Source: Caecitellus pseudoparvulus
Taxonomy: Eukaryota > Protista > Bigyra: Bicosoecida
Assembly: GCA_965644315.1 (NCBI GenBank)
Contig: CBFFRQ010000089.1
Coordinates: 62,001-126,000 of the forward strand
DNA length: 64,000 nt
Direction of reading: 5' to 3'
The notes under the pieces were generated by a model. The model was given only the letters and a program-made list of their open reading frames with translations, did not search any database and was not told the origin of the DNA. Position numbers and translations under genes: made by a program. Each line of letters starts with the position of its first letter. Position 1 is the first letter of the stretch. Of this stretch, positions 1-12,164 are shown in pieces.

Positions 1-1166
1 GCACTCCGACAACGCTTGCGGCGGGTCCGTACGCTGCGGCGAGCATCCAGGCGGCGACAGCGTGCAAGGGGTGCGATAAGATCATCGAGTGGCCCGTTCT
101 TTCATGCAATCCAACGTAAAAAATGTGCTTTCGAGGTACAAACACAAGCTGATGCTGGTGGGTCCTTTCAGCTTCTTCACGTGCTTGGAGCCAGCCCTTG
201 TCGTCCTTGCGCCAGCCTGCGGGCCAGGCAGCCACCGGGAGCGAAGCAGGACCCACGTGCGCAGACTCTTCAGATCGCCAGGCCACACTACAACCTTCAT
301 CTGTGGTATCATGCGGGACCCATCCTGCGCTGGAGCTGTCTTGGTACAGCTCCCCGTCCAACTTGCCCGATCCTCCAGACCAGTGGACCACAGCGTCGAT
401 GCCTTGCAGTGCGCTCGTACCAGAGGCCCCTCCACCCATTTTCGACAGGGCCAGGGATGCCCAGCATGTTGTTAGTTCAGCTGCAACGTGAGCAGCTTGT
501 GGCGCCCATCGCTTCGCCATGTGAGTTGGCAAGCCGCTCAAGCAGCCTGGCAGCACCACTATGGCATCCAAGCTCAGCCCTGTCACCATCAAACCTTTGA
601 TAGAAAGTTCCATGTTTGACGCCCTGCCGTATTTAGTTCGTGGATCCAGTGCCAGCAGCAAGTTTGGAGGCTGCCGACCGTCAGAGCAAAATGCGTGGCG
701 CAATGCTGGCTCTGAGAGGTTCACACGCTTGACATCCTCGAACACAGGCGAGGGGGATGGCAGAGGGGTCGATGAGTGGGAGGCAGCAGAGGTGCTTGGG
801 GCGATTGATGATGAAGCTGATGCTCCGAATGAGGGGGAAGCGTTTGGGGTCGGCACCTCGCGTCGATTGCGGCCTGGACTGCTCCCGTCTGCCGCTCCTG
901 CACCATCGCCCCCGAGTGCAGTGGAGTTGTGCTCGGAGTCATCTGATCGCAAGGAGGAAGTTGAGCTCCCTTTACCTGCTTGGCTCGGAATCCCAAGGGC
1001 CAGATCTGCAGAAAGCAAGGTTGCGTTGTGCAGCGTTTCGTGGAAGTGCCGACACCAGACCTGCTCTCTCACAAGCAACCACCGACACTAGCAGCAAGGC
1101 GACGGGAGAAAATCGATGGCATGTAGATAGTTCTTCTTCCTGGCGATCGCTAGCACTGCCTGCCAT
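1..1166 (-). CDS. O-fucosyltransferase-like glycosyltransferase, left copy (5' part; continues beyond the window edge)
   Basis: Reverse-complement copy of 9289-10454. ATG at 1166 (MAGSASDRQEEE...), and the frame stays open to position 1. Confidence 0.75.
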
Positions 1167-1855
1167 GGTACTTGATCAGCTGCCGAGCGCGCCTTTGGGA
1201 GTGGAAGTGTGGCCTTGACGCCAACTCGCTCCTGCATCCAGTGGCATGCTGTAAACACTTAGGGCGATCAGCTCTCACTTGTGTCTGAGCGTTTCGTGGA
1301 GATGTGGTTTATTTTGTGTTGCGGAAGTCTCTCAATGCTGCTGGCGTGCTTGAGCATTGCCATTCTTTCTCTCTCCTGCACCAGCCACAATGCTGCTTTT
1401 GTCACAGCTTACGGAGGCCACACCAGGCCCTGGCGTTCGCCTCACACCAGGGGGCTCAGGGGTGTCCGGAAAGCTATTTCCGCACCTTTTTGCTGAGATG
1501 CCGGACACCCCAACCTGAGGGGGGGTGCCCCCTGTGGACCCCCCCTCCCTCGTCGCCCGTGTCCAAGGCGCTGGGAGACGCTCATCCTCCATCTGCCTGC
1601 CAGCGCTGGTTCCCGAGCAGGGCCAAGTGCCACTTTGCCGTCAGTACACCAGACCACATGAACGATTTAGTTGTGGGGCTTGATATTTACGCCCCTAGGC
1701 TCCTGAACACAACCAGACTCGTTTGCAACGGAGGTGCTGTCAGCCGGGGTTTCGGTCACGTTTCACTTTCGCTGCATGATGGCAGAGGGCGCGGCAGAGT
1801 CTGAGAAGGCTGTGACTGTCACTAAGCTCCCTCAAATTCTTAATTTCTCACATAG

Positions 1856-2900
1856 GTGCAAGGCCCTGCCCACTATGGCTGTCTCTTGCGAGTGCTTTGC
1901 AGTCAGGACGCATGCCGTCACTTCTGCGAGACGAAGACCGTGAACCAGGGGGAGGCTGCAGTTCAGAACTGGAAGGCTGTGTGCCAAGATCCGCGTATTG
2001 GCGACTTCCCCCTGCTTGCAATTCTTGGGCTGAAGGATTGGAAGGCAAAAGGGAACAGTCTCGGGGATTTCCAGCGGTCAGATTCGCGGACTGGGAAACC
2101 AATCCAGTGGTCCCAGACTCTGAAGTGCTTTGTTGAAGCATGAAAGGAAACGCTAATCAGAAAGCCCTTTCCGGCCAAGCATCGCATGACCAAGCGAGAA
2201 GTCCTTGCACTGGCTAAGACGTCAACTTCTTAGAAGCCCATGAAAGCTCAGCCTGGCAGTGAGGCGCACATTGCCCTGCGAGGCGATGCACGGAACCTCG
2301 TACATGAGGCACAGGTGCTTCTGCAGACAGCACCTGTGTCGGCAAAGGCGATCGCATGTGACAGCAAGTCTTGCTCACGAGTGGTTCGAAAGCTTCTGGT
2401 GCAGAGCTTCACTTCGATTGGGCTGTCGCCGGAACAGATCGCGAAGGTCACGACCCTTGAGAACCACCAGCTGATGGCCTGATGGGGCTCAGAAGCCTCT
2501 TCAAACACGACGCACTGCCACATTCGACGAGCAGCTGGCCACATTGCTGCTGATTTGCGCATGAATCTGGCAGAGGGGCCTTGTGGGTGACTGGCGTGAC
2601 TTCGATACGCTCTGCGGGAGTCAAAGAATGCTTGCATCCGGTGCGGTCTGCAGCGACAGCACAAACCTAGCCGCATTCTGCAAGCATGTGGAGGCATGTA
2701 GGAGGGGGAAACGAGCTCTTCAGCCCCTCCTTTCTCATGTCGCGCGGGCAGTGTACCCAACGCCGGTCACAAGTGCAGGCGCTGAGCGTTTCTTCTCCGT
2801 GCTGACCGACTAGTGTGCCAGTGGTAAGAGGGCCAGGACACACACAACTGTTTGGCAGCGAACTGTTGTTGCTTTCCAATCAACAGTATGTTGCTCAGCG
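1856..2900 (+). pseudogene. hAT transposase C-terminal remnant
   Basis: PLLSHVARAVYPTPVTSAGAERFFS (~2725-2800) matches the hAT dimerisation consensus P-L-x-x-A-x-x-x-P-x-[TS]-S-A-x-x-E-R-x-F-S. It is followed in another frame by ELLLLSN. Upstream segments are broken by stops (2141, ~2231, 2480) and frameshifts. Confidence 0.8.
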
Positions 2901-3770
2901 CAGCAAGGACTGGCTGACCCCCTCCTTCAAAGTGAGCAGCTCTTCAGTCCGCCCTGGGCGCCAGGAGCAGGGCCAGGCACTCGGCAAGAGCCCGAATGGG
3001 CTACTTGCGCCTGGTTGTTGGTGGCACGAAGAGGGTTCGTGCAGGAGGAGCGCCTCCAAGGGGTGCCAAGAAGGCGCCGAGGTCTGGTGGAGGGAAGCAG
3101 GGATCACTTCTTGGGGTAAGGGGATGCTGACCAGGTGCTGAAGTGAGTTTGCCAATGCAATATCGAGTTTGGGTGTAATTTTCTTTGCGGGCTTTGCTTT
3201 CAGGCCTGAGTCACTGCTTGCGGAGTCAAGTTTCAATGATGGTCCAAGCGGGTGGATGCCTGAGCTCATTGAAGGCACCGCTCCTGCGTGATTTTACCCC
3301 CCTTTTGCGAAATTTGGGGAAGGTTCCACAGCAAAGTGTGTCTGCATTCTTTTTCCACCCCTCATTGCTTCCGCGCCTTGAACAGGATTGAGTGCGCAGA
3401 GCTCTGGCCATCCAGGCAAGCGACACCAGACAGACCGCAGATCACCAAGCCAACCGAAACAGTGACTTGCAGGCAATATCGTGCACTTTTGGCACTATTT
3501 GGGCTTGGTACCGTGTTGAGTAGGACAAGGTTGCCTGTCCAAATGGAAAACCGCAGCAGTATCTATTCAAGTTGTCGAAGAGACCATACAGTTGCTCTCG
3601 TGCTCTGCCCAGGACCCGGTACCCCTCGTGAAGCAACTTCACAAGCACACAGATTCACAGAGGATGACACAAGAAGACATGTTCTACCCATAAATGCTGC
3701 TATGGTCCACAGGTTATCATCTATTGAGGTCTTTGAGCGGGGGGTACGGGGACTGGCCGAAGGCCAGTTC

Positions 3771-3790
3771 CCGGACACCCGGGTGTCCGG
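3771..3790. repeat. Perfect 20-bp palindrome CCGGACACCCGGGTGTCCGG in the hAT subterminal region (twin at 6664-6683)
   Basis: Read directly. It is made of two head-to-head copies of the TIR core and is a likely transposase-binding subterminal repeat. Confidence 0.85.
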
Positions 3791-4132
3791 CTGAGGGGGG
3801 CTTCGGCCTGTTGCCTGACACGCGGAGGGGGCGGAGCCGGACACCTTTGAGGGGCATGCTCCACACATTCTTGCGCACCAGGCGGCACCCACCTGCAGAT
3901 GCTTTCCTATTCGCTTCTCCGAACTTCGTCTTGCTCTTGCTTTGAGGTGCCCGACCAACTCGGCAGCCCGTGCTCCACAGCGACGCTGCTCGTCACCAGC
4001 ACGTCGCAACAACCGGCATGGGAGAACCCAGCAGCAAGTCGAGACACCGCCAGTGCTTTGGCTGGGATCGATCTCATTTGTAAGTGCACGCTAGGAAAGC
4101 TTGCTCTGCGCTCTTCCTTGCGATTCATTGCC

Positions 4133-5110
4133 ATGCTCCACAGTGCAATCACCCTCGTCTTGGCTATTTCCGCTGCCTTCTTGCTGTTGCTGTTGGTACA
4201 GAGTCGATCGCAGCTTCAAGCCGAGCAAGCCGGCAGGCATTCTGGATACAAAGGGGCGGGTTTCCCTTCTGAAGTGCAAGCTGGGGAAAAGGCGACTGCC
4301 TCAGCACCTAGCGTTCGGGGCGCAACTGCGCCAACTCCAACTCAGGCTCCGCAAGCACGCAAGCGTAACCAGTGCGATTGGCTGAAGGCAGCGGTCGATG
4401 CTCCCACTGAACAGGATGTGAATGTCTTTCAAAAACACTCACACACTCAGAGTGGCGAAGACAAGCTTGTCGTGGAGCACTACCCAACTGTGGCGCTGCG
4501 CAAGGGTGGCACCATCTTGGAGTCTGGCGCATTCGATGGCAAGCGATTCAGCACTTCCTGGGCGTTTGAGCGCACCCTGCAGTGGAATGCCATCCACATT
4601 GAGGCAAACCCTCGTACCTTTAAAAGTCTTGAGGTAAACCGCCCACCCAGTGAACGGGTCATCAACCTGAACATCGCACTCTGTGACAAGCCTCGAGAGG
4701 TGCACTACGTAGACCATGTTGACCCATTCCCTGCAGCTGGCATCTGGGAGTTCTTGAGCATGCGCATGCGCCGGACGTACTACCCTGACATTCCTATTTT
4801 TGCTGAGAAGCCTGAGGGAGCAAAGACCACAATCGTTACCCCCCTGCAGTGTCTGCCGCTGGACCGTGCGTTGCCGCCAGATCGCCATAACATTCACATT
4901 TGGGTGCTGGACGTGGAAGGAGCGGAGGTGGAGGTGCTTCAGGCCACGGACTTTTCGAAGCTCAGTTTTGGAGTCATCATTAAGGAGACTGTGGATGACT
5001 ACATTCGTGAGCAGCAAGCAACGGAGATACTGAAACGCAACGGCTACGTGCGGGTGAACGAAGTCGAACGCTCCACCTGGTATGTGAATGAGTGCCTGCT
5101 GGACGTTTAG
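4133..5110 (+). CDS. FkbM-family (Methyltransf_21, Star-like) SAM-dependent methyltransferase, type II membrane protein, 325 aa
   Basis: N-terminal anchor MLHSAITLVLAISAAFLLLLLV. Motifs TQSGED, LESGAFDGKRFSTSWAFERTLQWNAIHIEANP and VLDVEGAEVEVL. Intronless. Confidence 0.88.
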   Translation: MLHSAITLVLAISAAFLLLLLVQSRSQLQAEQAGRHSGYKGAGFPSEVQAGEKATASAPSVRGATAPTPTQAPQARKRNQCDWLKAAVDAPTEQDVNVFQKHSHTQSGEDKLVVEHYPTVALRKGGTILESGAFDGKRFSTSWAFERTLQWNAIHIEANPRTFKSLEVNRPPSERVINLNIALCDKPREVHYVDHVDPFPAAGIWEFLSMRMRRTYYPDIPIFAEKPEGAKTTIVTPLQCLPLDRALPPDRHNIHIWVLDVEGAEVEVLQATDFSKLSFGVIIKETVDDYIREQQATEILKRNGYVRVNEVERSTWYVNECLLDV

Positions 5111-6604
5111 TGCGCATTAAGCTCCCCAATGCATGCGACTGTGACCACCTGTGCTGTGAACCCACCATCATGAGATTTCTGAGGGGGGCGACATGCCTTT
5201 GGGGGGTTGTCCTCGAACAGGTATAGGTGGTTGGGGTGGGGCAAACACCCTCTTGGGGGTACACTGGCGAAAAGGTAGCTGGCTGTGCATTGCTGGGGGG
5301 GGGGGGGCTGCGGCACCTTCTAGCTCGCGCTGGCCTGCCATACTCCAGCAGGCAGCGTTGTGCACTGCAATGCATGCCCCCGCGTCCACCACACCCGGCT
5401 CCGCGCACTCAAGCATCTGGCCATGCATCTGCGCCGCTGGCCGCCTCTGCCATCAAGAGCCACTCGTGCAGCCCAGCACTGTGACGAGCTTCCCTTGGTC
5501 AGTCAGGGCGGTACACAATGTCTCCTGCAGCATCGCGTCTCAGATGGCCTGTGCAGGTGGGGGGAGGATGCTCGCGTGGCTCTACACCCTGACACCTGCA
5601 GCGACGGTGCAGCCGCTTTCTGCACAAGTCACCAGCGCAGCAGCCTCGTGCACTCACCATGGCAAGCTCGCGTCACAGTGGGGCTTGGCTCTCATGACCA
5701 GGCCGCCAGGTCCTCCATTCCTGTGAAAGGGGGGGGGGCAGTGGCATGGGTGATGTTGTGGGAATGCCAGACACCGGCTGCATCGCCAGGCATGGTGAGG
5801 AGCGCGAGCGGGCCACGCACCATTCAGGCCGTCCCAGTACAGTATGCGGCAGTCAGGCAGGTACTTGGATCATCCCAGCGAGCACTGTGAATGTCTGACC
5901 GCGTGGCGTACGTGTTTTGCGGGCGAGGGTGCCGCGACTGCGCAAAGGGGCGGCGACGGAGGCAGGCGGCACCAAAGACCAGAGCAGGCAGTCCCACCCA
6001 CCCCCAAAGGAAACTGCCGCGCTTCTAGTAGGCACCGATAAACATCATATCAATGGTCTCATTTCTGTGGCGCTGGAGCTGGCACGGGTGTGGGGCGGTG
6101 CCTTGCAATGTGCCTCAGCGTGGGCACGAAACGCCACGCGGAGCGGGGTGCTACCCCTGTCCCAAGGCACCGCTCAAAGCATCCATGGAGCGCAGTCTAC
6201 GATGCAGCAAGGTCGATTTCCTGAAAAAGGCGTGCTCTGCCAGGGGGGAGCTCGGGTGCGGGGTTCCTGCACGTAGTGGAGCATTGGTGTGACTCGGCTG
6301 GCGACGCCAACACTGCGAGCGGCTTGGCAGGCCCATGCACGGGCCTGCAGCCTGGATTGGCACCTGCAGGCTGCGGCCATTACACTCCTTCGCGCCGTCA
6401 TGTGTCTCACTGCGCAGGAGCGGGCGCCAAGGGGGTGAGGTGTTCCCTGCCGTTGCAGGCGAAACGTCTGTCACGCAGACTGTGTGCCGCTCACGTCTGG
6501 TCACTCGTGCAGGAACCTGCAGGCCATGGCTCCAACACTGTGCAAGTTTACACTGCGAGGACAAAACGACACGCTCTGCTCAGATTTGATTAAGGCGGGC
6601 ACCT

Positions 6605-8998
6605 CAAAGGTGTCCGGCTCCGCCCCCTCCGCGTGTCAGGCAACAGGCCGAAGCCCCCCTCAGCCGGACACCCGGGTGTCCGGGAACTGGCCTTCGGCCA
6701 GTCCCCGTACCCCCCCCTCAAAGACCTCAATAGATGATAACCTGTGGTCCATAGCAGCATTTTATGGGTAGAACATGTCTTCTTGTGTCATCCTCTGTGA
6801 ATCTGTGTGCTTGTGAAGTTGCTTTACGTGGGGTACCGGGTCCTGGGCAGAGCACGAGAGCAACTGAATGGTCTCTTCGACAACTTGAATAGATACTGCT
6901 GCGGTTTTCCACTTGGACAGGCAACCTTGTCCTACTCAACACGGGGCCAAGCCCAAATAGTGCCAAAAGTGCACGATATTGCCTGCAAGTCACTGTTTCG
7001 GTTGGCTTGGTGATCTGCGGTCTGTCTGGTGTCGCTTGCCTGGATGGCCAGAGCTCTGCGCACTCAATCCTGTTCAAGGCGCGGAAGCAATGAGGGGTGG
7101 AAAAAGAATGCAGACACACTTTGCTGTGGAACCTTCCCCAAATTTCGCAAAAGGGGGGTAAAATCACGCAGGAGCGGTGCCTTCAATGAGCTCAGGCATC
7201 CACCCGCTTGGACCATCATTGAAACTTGACTCCGCAAGCAGTGACTCAGGCCTGAAAGCAAAGCCCGCAAAGAAAATTACACCCAAACTCGATATTGCAT
7301 TGGCAAACTCACTTCAGCACCTGGTCAGCATCCCCTTACCCCAAGAAGTGATCCCTGCTTCCCTCCACCAGACCTCGGCGCCTTCTTGGCACCCCTTGGA
7401 GGCGCTCCTCCTGCACGAACCCTCTTCGTGCCACCAACAACCAGGCGCAAGTAGCCCATTCGGGCTCTTGCCGAGTGCCTGGCCCTGCTCCTGGCGCCCA
7501 GGGCGGACTGAAGAGCTGCTCACTTTGAAGGAGGGGGTCAGCCAGTCCTTGCTGCGCTGAGCAACATACTGTTGATTGGAAAGCAACAACAGTTCGCTGC
7601 CAAACAGTTGTGTGTGTCCTGGCCCTCTTACCACTGGCACACTAGTCGGTCAGCACGGAGAAGAAACGCTCAGCGCCTGCACTTGTGACCGGCGTTGGGT
7701 ACACTGCCCGCGCGACATGAGAAAGGAGGGGCTGAAGAGCTCGTTTCCCCCTCCTACATGCCTCCACATGCTTGCAGAATGCGGCTAGGTTTGTGCTGTC
7801 GCTGCAGACCGCACCGGATGCAAGCATTCTTTGACTCCCGCAGAGCGTATCGAAGTCACGCCAGTCACCCACAAGGCCCCTCTGCCAGATTCATGCGCAA
7901 ATCAGCAGCAATGTGGCCAGCTGCTCGTCGAATGTGGCAGTGCGTCGTGTTTGAAGAGGCTTCTGAGCCCCATCAGGCCATCAGCTGGTGGTTCTCAAGG
8001 GTCGTGACCTTCGCGATCTGTTCCGGCGACAGCCCAATCGAAGTGAAGCTCTGCACCAGAAGCTTTCGAACCACTCGTGAGCAAGACTTGCTGTCACATG
8101 CGATCGCCTTTGCCGACACAGGTGCTGTCTGCAGAAGCACCTGTGCCTCATGTACGAGGTTCCGTGCATCGCCTCGCAGGGCAATGTGCGCCTCACTGCC
8201 AGGCTGAGCTTTCATGGGCTTCTAAGAAGTTGACGTCTTAGCCAGTGCAAGGACTTCTCGCTTGGTCATGCGATGCTTGGCCGGAAAGGGCTTTCTGATT
8301 AGCGTTTCCTTTCATGCTTCAACAAAGCACTTCAGAGTCTGGGACCACTGGATTGGTTTCCCAGTCCGCGAATCTGACCGCTGGAAATCCCCGAGACTGT
8401 TCCCTTTTGCCTTCCAATCCTTCAGCCCAAGAATTGCAAGCAGGGGGAAGTCGCCAATACGCGGATCTTGGCACACAGCCTTCCAGTTCTGAACTGCAGC
8501 CTCCCCCTGGTTCACGGTCTTCGTCTCGCAGAAGTGACGGCATGCGTCCTGACTGCAAAGCACTCGCAAGAGACAGCCATAGTGGGCAGGGCCTTGCACC
8601 TATGTGAGAAATTAAGAATTTGAGGGAGCTTAGTGACAGTCACAGCCTTCTCAGACTCTGCCGCGCCCTCTGCCATCATGCAGCGAAAGTGAAACGTGAC
8701 CGAAACCCCGGCTGACAGCACCTCCGTTGCAAACGAGTCTGGTTGTGTTCAGGAGCCTAGGGGCGTAAATATCAAGCCCCACAACTAAATCGTTCATGTG
8801 GTCTGGTGTACTGACGGCAAAGTGGCACTTGGCCCTGCTCGGGAACCAGCGCTGGCAGGCAGATGGAGGATGAGCGTCTCCCAGCGCCTTGGACACGGGC
8901 GACGAGGGAGGGGGGGTCCACAGGGGGCACCCCCCCTCAGGTTGGGGTGTCCGGCATCTCAGCAAAAAGGTGCGGAAATAGCTTTCCGGACACCCCTG
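6605..8998 (-). mobile_element. hAT element, copy 2 (inverted)
   Basis: CAAAGGTGTCCGG at 6605 and CCGGACACCCCTG ending at 8998. Flanks in element orientation are AGGGGGCT and AGGTGCCC, which do not form a TSD. Confidence 0.85.
7555..8599 (-). pseudogene. hAT transposase remnant (copy 2)
   Basis: Identical translation to 1856-2900 (ORFs 7642-7872, 7973-8215, 8312-8599). Confidence 0.8.
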
Positions 8999-9288
8999 AG
9001 CCCCCTGGTGTGAGGCGAACGCCAGGGCCTGGTGTGGCCTCCGTAAGCTGTGACAAAAGCAGCATTGTGGCTGGTGCAGGAGAGAGAAAGAATGGCAATG
9101 CTCAAGCACGCCAGCAGCATTGAGAGACTTCCGCAACACAAAATAAACCACATCTCCACGAAACGCTCAGACACAAGTGAGAGCTGATCGCCCTAAGTGT
9201 TTACAGCATGCCACTGGATGCAGGAGCGAGTTGGCGTCAAGGCCACACTTCCACTCCCAAAGGCGCGCTCGGCAGCTGATCAAGTACC

Positions 9289-11164
9289 ATGGCAGGCAGT
9301 GCTAGCGATCGCCAGGAAGAAGAACTATCTACATGCCATCGATTTTCTCCCGTCGCCTTGCTGCTAGTGTCGGTGGTTGCTTGTGAGAGAGCAGGTCTGG
9401 TGTCGGCACTTCCACGAAACGCTGCACAACGCAACCTTGCTTTCTGCAGATCTGGCCCTTGGGATTCCGAGCCAAGCAGGTAAAGGGAGCTCAACTTCCT
9501 CCTTGCGATCAGATGACTCCGAGCACAACTCCACTGCACTCGGGGGCGATGGTGCAGGAGCGGCAGACGGGAGCAGTCCAGGCCGCAATCGACGCGAGGT
9601 GCCGACCCCAAACGCTTCCCCCTCATTCGGAGCATCAGCTTCATCATCAATCGCCCCAAGCACCTCTGCTGCCTCCCACTCATCGACCCCTCTGCCATCC
9701 CCCTCGCCTGTGTTCGAGGATGTCAAGCGTGTGAACCTCTCAGAGCCAGCATTGCGCCACGCATTTTGCTCTGACGGTCGGCAGCCTCCAAACTTGCTGC
9801 TGGCACTGGATCCACGAACTAAATACGGCAGGGCGTCAAACATGGAACTTTCTATCAAAGGTTTGATGGTGACAGGGCTGAGCTTGGATGCCATAGTGGT
9901 GCTGCCAGGCTGCTTGAGCGGCTTGCCAACTCACATGGCGAAGCGATGGGCGCCACAAGCTGCTCACGTTGCAGCTGAACTAACAACATGCTGGGCATCC
10001 CTGGCCCTGTCGAAAATGGGTGGAGGGGCCTCTGGTACGAGCGCACTGCAAGGCATCGACGCTGTGGTCCACTGGTCTGGAGGATCGGGCAAGTTGGACG
10101 GGGAGCTGTACCAAGACAGCTCCAGCGCAGGATGGGTCCCGCATGATACCACAGATGAAGGTTGTAGTGTGGCCTGGCGATCTGAAGAGTCTGCGCACGT
10201 GGGTCCTGCTTCGCTCCCGGTGGCTGCCTGGCCCGCAGGCTGGCGCAAGGACGACAAGGGCTGGCTCCAAGCACGTGAAGAAGCTGAAAGGACCCACCAG
10301 CATCAGCTTGTGTTTGTACCTCGAAAGCACATTTTTTACGTTGGATTGCATGAAAGAACGGGCCACTCGATGATCTTATCGCACCCCTTGCACGCTGTCG
10401 CCGCCTGGATGCTCGCCGCAGCGTACGGACCCGCCGCAAGCGTTGTCGGAGTGCACGTCAGACGGGGTGATTGGGCAGCTACTTGTGCGAAACAAGACCA
10501 TTGTTTCATCAGCGACGAGCAGTATGTGGCGGGCGCCGCAGATGCCTTGGCCCGCTTCGACATGCACAACATCTACATCGCCAGCAATGACCCCAAGCCC
10601 ATCCTGGCCCTCCTGCACAAGGAAGTGCCGCTGCCGCCCTTCGCACCCGCACTGTCGCCCACCGATGCAGCAGCGGGCACACCAGGCCGTCCCATGGCCG
10701 TGCTCCCTGTGCTGGCTGGTCAGTCCCGCTCGGCTCGTGCACGGAGTGCTGCTGCTCCCGCCAACGCCACGACATCCCCCGCGCCCTCCAGCCTGCTTGG
10801 CCTGCAGGTGCACCGCATCCTCACGCTGGACGACCTCATGACCACGCTGACCCAGATGTGCAAGGGGGCGGGCACTCCGCCCGACACCTTGCCGCCGTTC
10901 GTGCGGGTGCAGGACCCCGCTCAGGAGCACGTGCACGACTACATGCTGCCTGATACGTGCGCAGTGTGGCACTCGTGGGCGCCAGGGGGCAAGGCCACGG
11001 GCAGAATGCTGGGCTGGTTGGACAAGGCGGTGCTCACCCTGACGTCGTGTGTCAGGGTAACGCCGTACAGCACGTTCTCTGGCAATGTGCTTGACATGCG
11101 CCGGGCTCAGTTCGGGCCTTTGCTGTGTGACCACATTGTCGAAGACATCCTCCTCCCCTCCTAG
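9289..11164 (+). CDS. O-fucosyltransferase-like GT-B glycosyltransferase (POFUT/FUT8/NodZ-like), type II membrane protein
   Basis: Predicted intron 9383-9449 (GTGAGA...TTTCTGCAG) joins MAGS...VALLLVSVVA to YLALGIP, completing a TM anchor. Motifs GRASNM...IVVLP, VGVHVRRGDW, IYIASND and LDKAVL...YSTFSGNVLDMR. Confidence 0.8.
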
Positions 11165-12164
11165 AAGGAAATGCATTGTCGCCTCTTGCTTTCACCACAC
11201 TCACCTCACACTTGCTCCTGAAAGAGAAGCGCACGCTTGCTCAGCGCAGATATCTTGCACAAAGCATGGTAAGTCACCATGTGAAATGAGCATGTTCCAT
11301 CGAGAACGTGTTAGTTCAGTGAAAGTTGTCGTGAATCAGGGGTTCGGCGCTTGTTGGGCGAGTTGGGTTCGGGTTCGGGCTTCTCGTGGTGGTGGGCAGG
11401 CGTCGCAGTGACTCCGCGCACACCGCGCCACCCGGCGACCCAAACGACCCGCTGCGCGTTACGACACCGGAAGTTTCACAATGCCATCTTAGAATGCACT
11501 ATCAACCCAATGCACGCTTTCATCACTCACTTTCTTGCTCCTCCTCCGGTCCGGCATGGCCCAGGAGCGAGGTAGGCCGGCATGGTCCGGGCGGCAGGCT
11601 GCGCGCGTTCCACACCTGCGCTCTCAAGTTGAGCTTCTACGATATGATTAAACGCGACCCCACAGTATCGGATGCACGTTTTCATGACTTGCGTCCATCC
11701 GGGAGGTGCAGCGACCACCTCGTGGGGCCAGTAGACACTTTTGCCATCCAAGGCACTCCCAGAATTCGGGAGCAACATTTGCCGCATAGGCCCGGCAAAA
11801 GCCTCCAGTTCTTCAGCAGCTGAGAACTGACTTTGAAACAATGTAAAGACGTATCTTTGACACAAGCACTGATGGTAATTGCATTTCATTTCAGTCATGC
11901 TCCCTTCCAGCGGTTGAAGGTTCATTGTGTAAAATGCAACAGAATTCGTTTAAGTCACCAGCCCTGCACCAGGCAAATCTGGTCTACGAGTGGAAACTTG
12001 CTCTGATTTCGTTCAACCAAGCAGCTCTCGATTTGTTGTTGTATCGAACTTGGAGGCAGGTGCCAGTCTCGACTTCCCGGATCCCTGCCATGGATGGCAA
12101 CACACTGGCAGTGGGCAAAACATACTCGCGCCACCCCCAGTATTCTCGCTGACAGGGCACAATT

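Larger units (their letters stand above)
1457..3849 (+). mobile_element. Non-autonomous/degenerate hAT-superfamily DNA transposon (~2.39 kb), copy 1
   Basis: Imperfect 13-bp TIRs CAGGGGTGTCCGG (1457-1469) and CCGGACACCTTTG (3837-3849). Subterminal CCGGACACC repeats at 1501, 3771 and 3782 (reverse). The 8-bp flanks AGGGGGCT and AGGGGCAT match at 6/8, consistent with a decayed TSD. Contains an hAT dimerisation motif. Confidence 0.85.
1..3852. repeat. Left arm of a large inverted repeat (at least 3.85 kb; runs off the window start)
   Basis: ORFs in 16-3476 have identical reverse-complement twins in 6979-10439, with coordinates summing to 10455. The match ends at ...ACACCTTTGAGG (3852). Confidence 0.97.
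6602..10454. repeat. Right arm of the large inverted repeat
   Basis: Reverse complement of 1-3852. About 8 substitutions and 1 indel, seen only in the inner ~350 bp. Confidence 0.97.

Noticed and set aside
5168-6600. ORFs and a possible minus-strand pseudogene in the right half of the spacer
   Set aside because: No recognisable motif, and the stop density is not clearly different from non-coding GC-rich DNA.
11338-11382. GGGTTC GGGTTC GGG telomere-like motif
   Set aside because: Only 2-3 units; too short to call an interstitial telomere.
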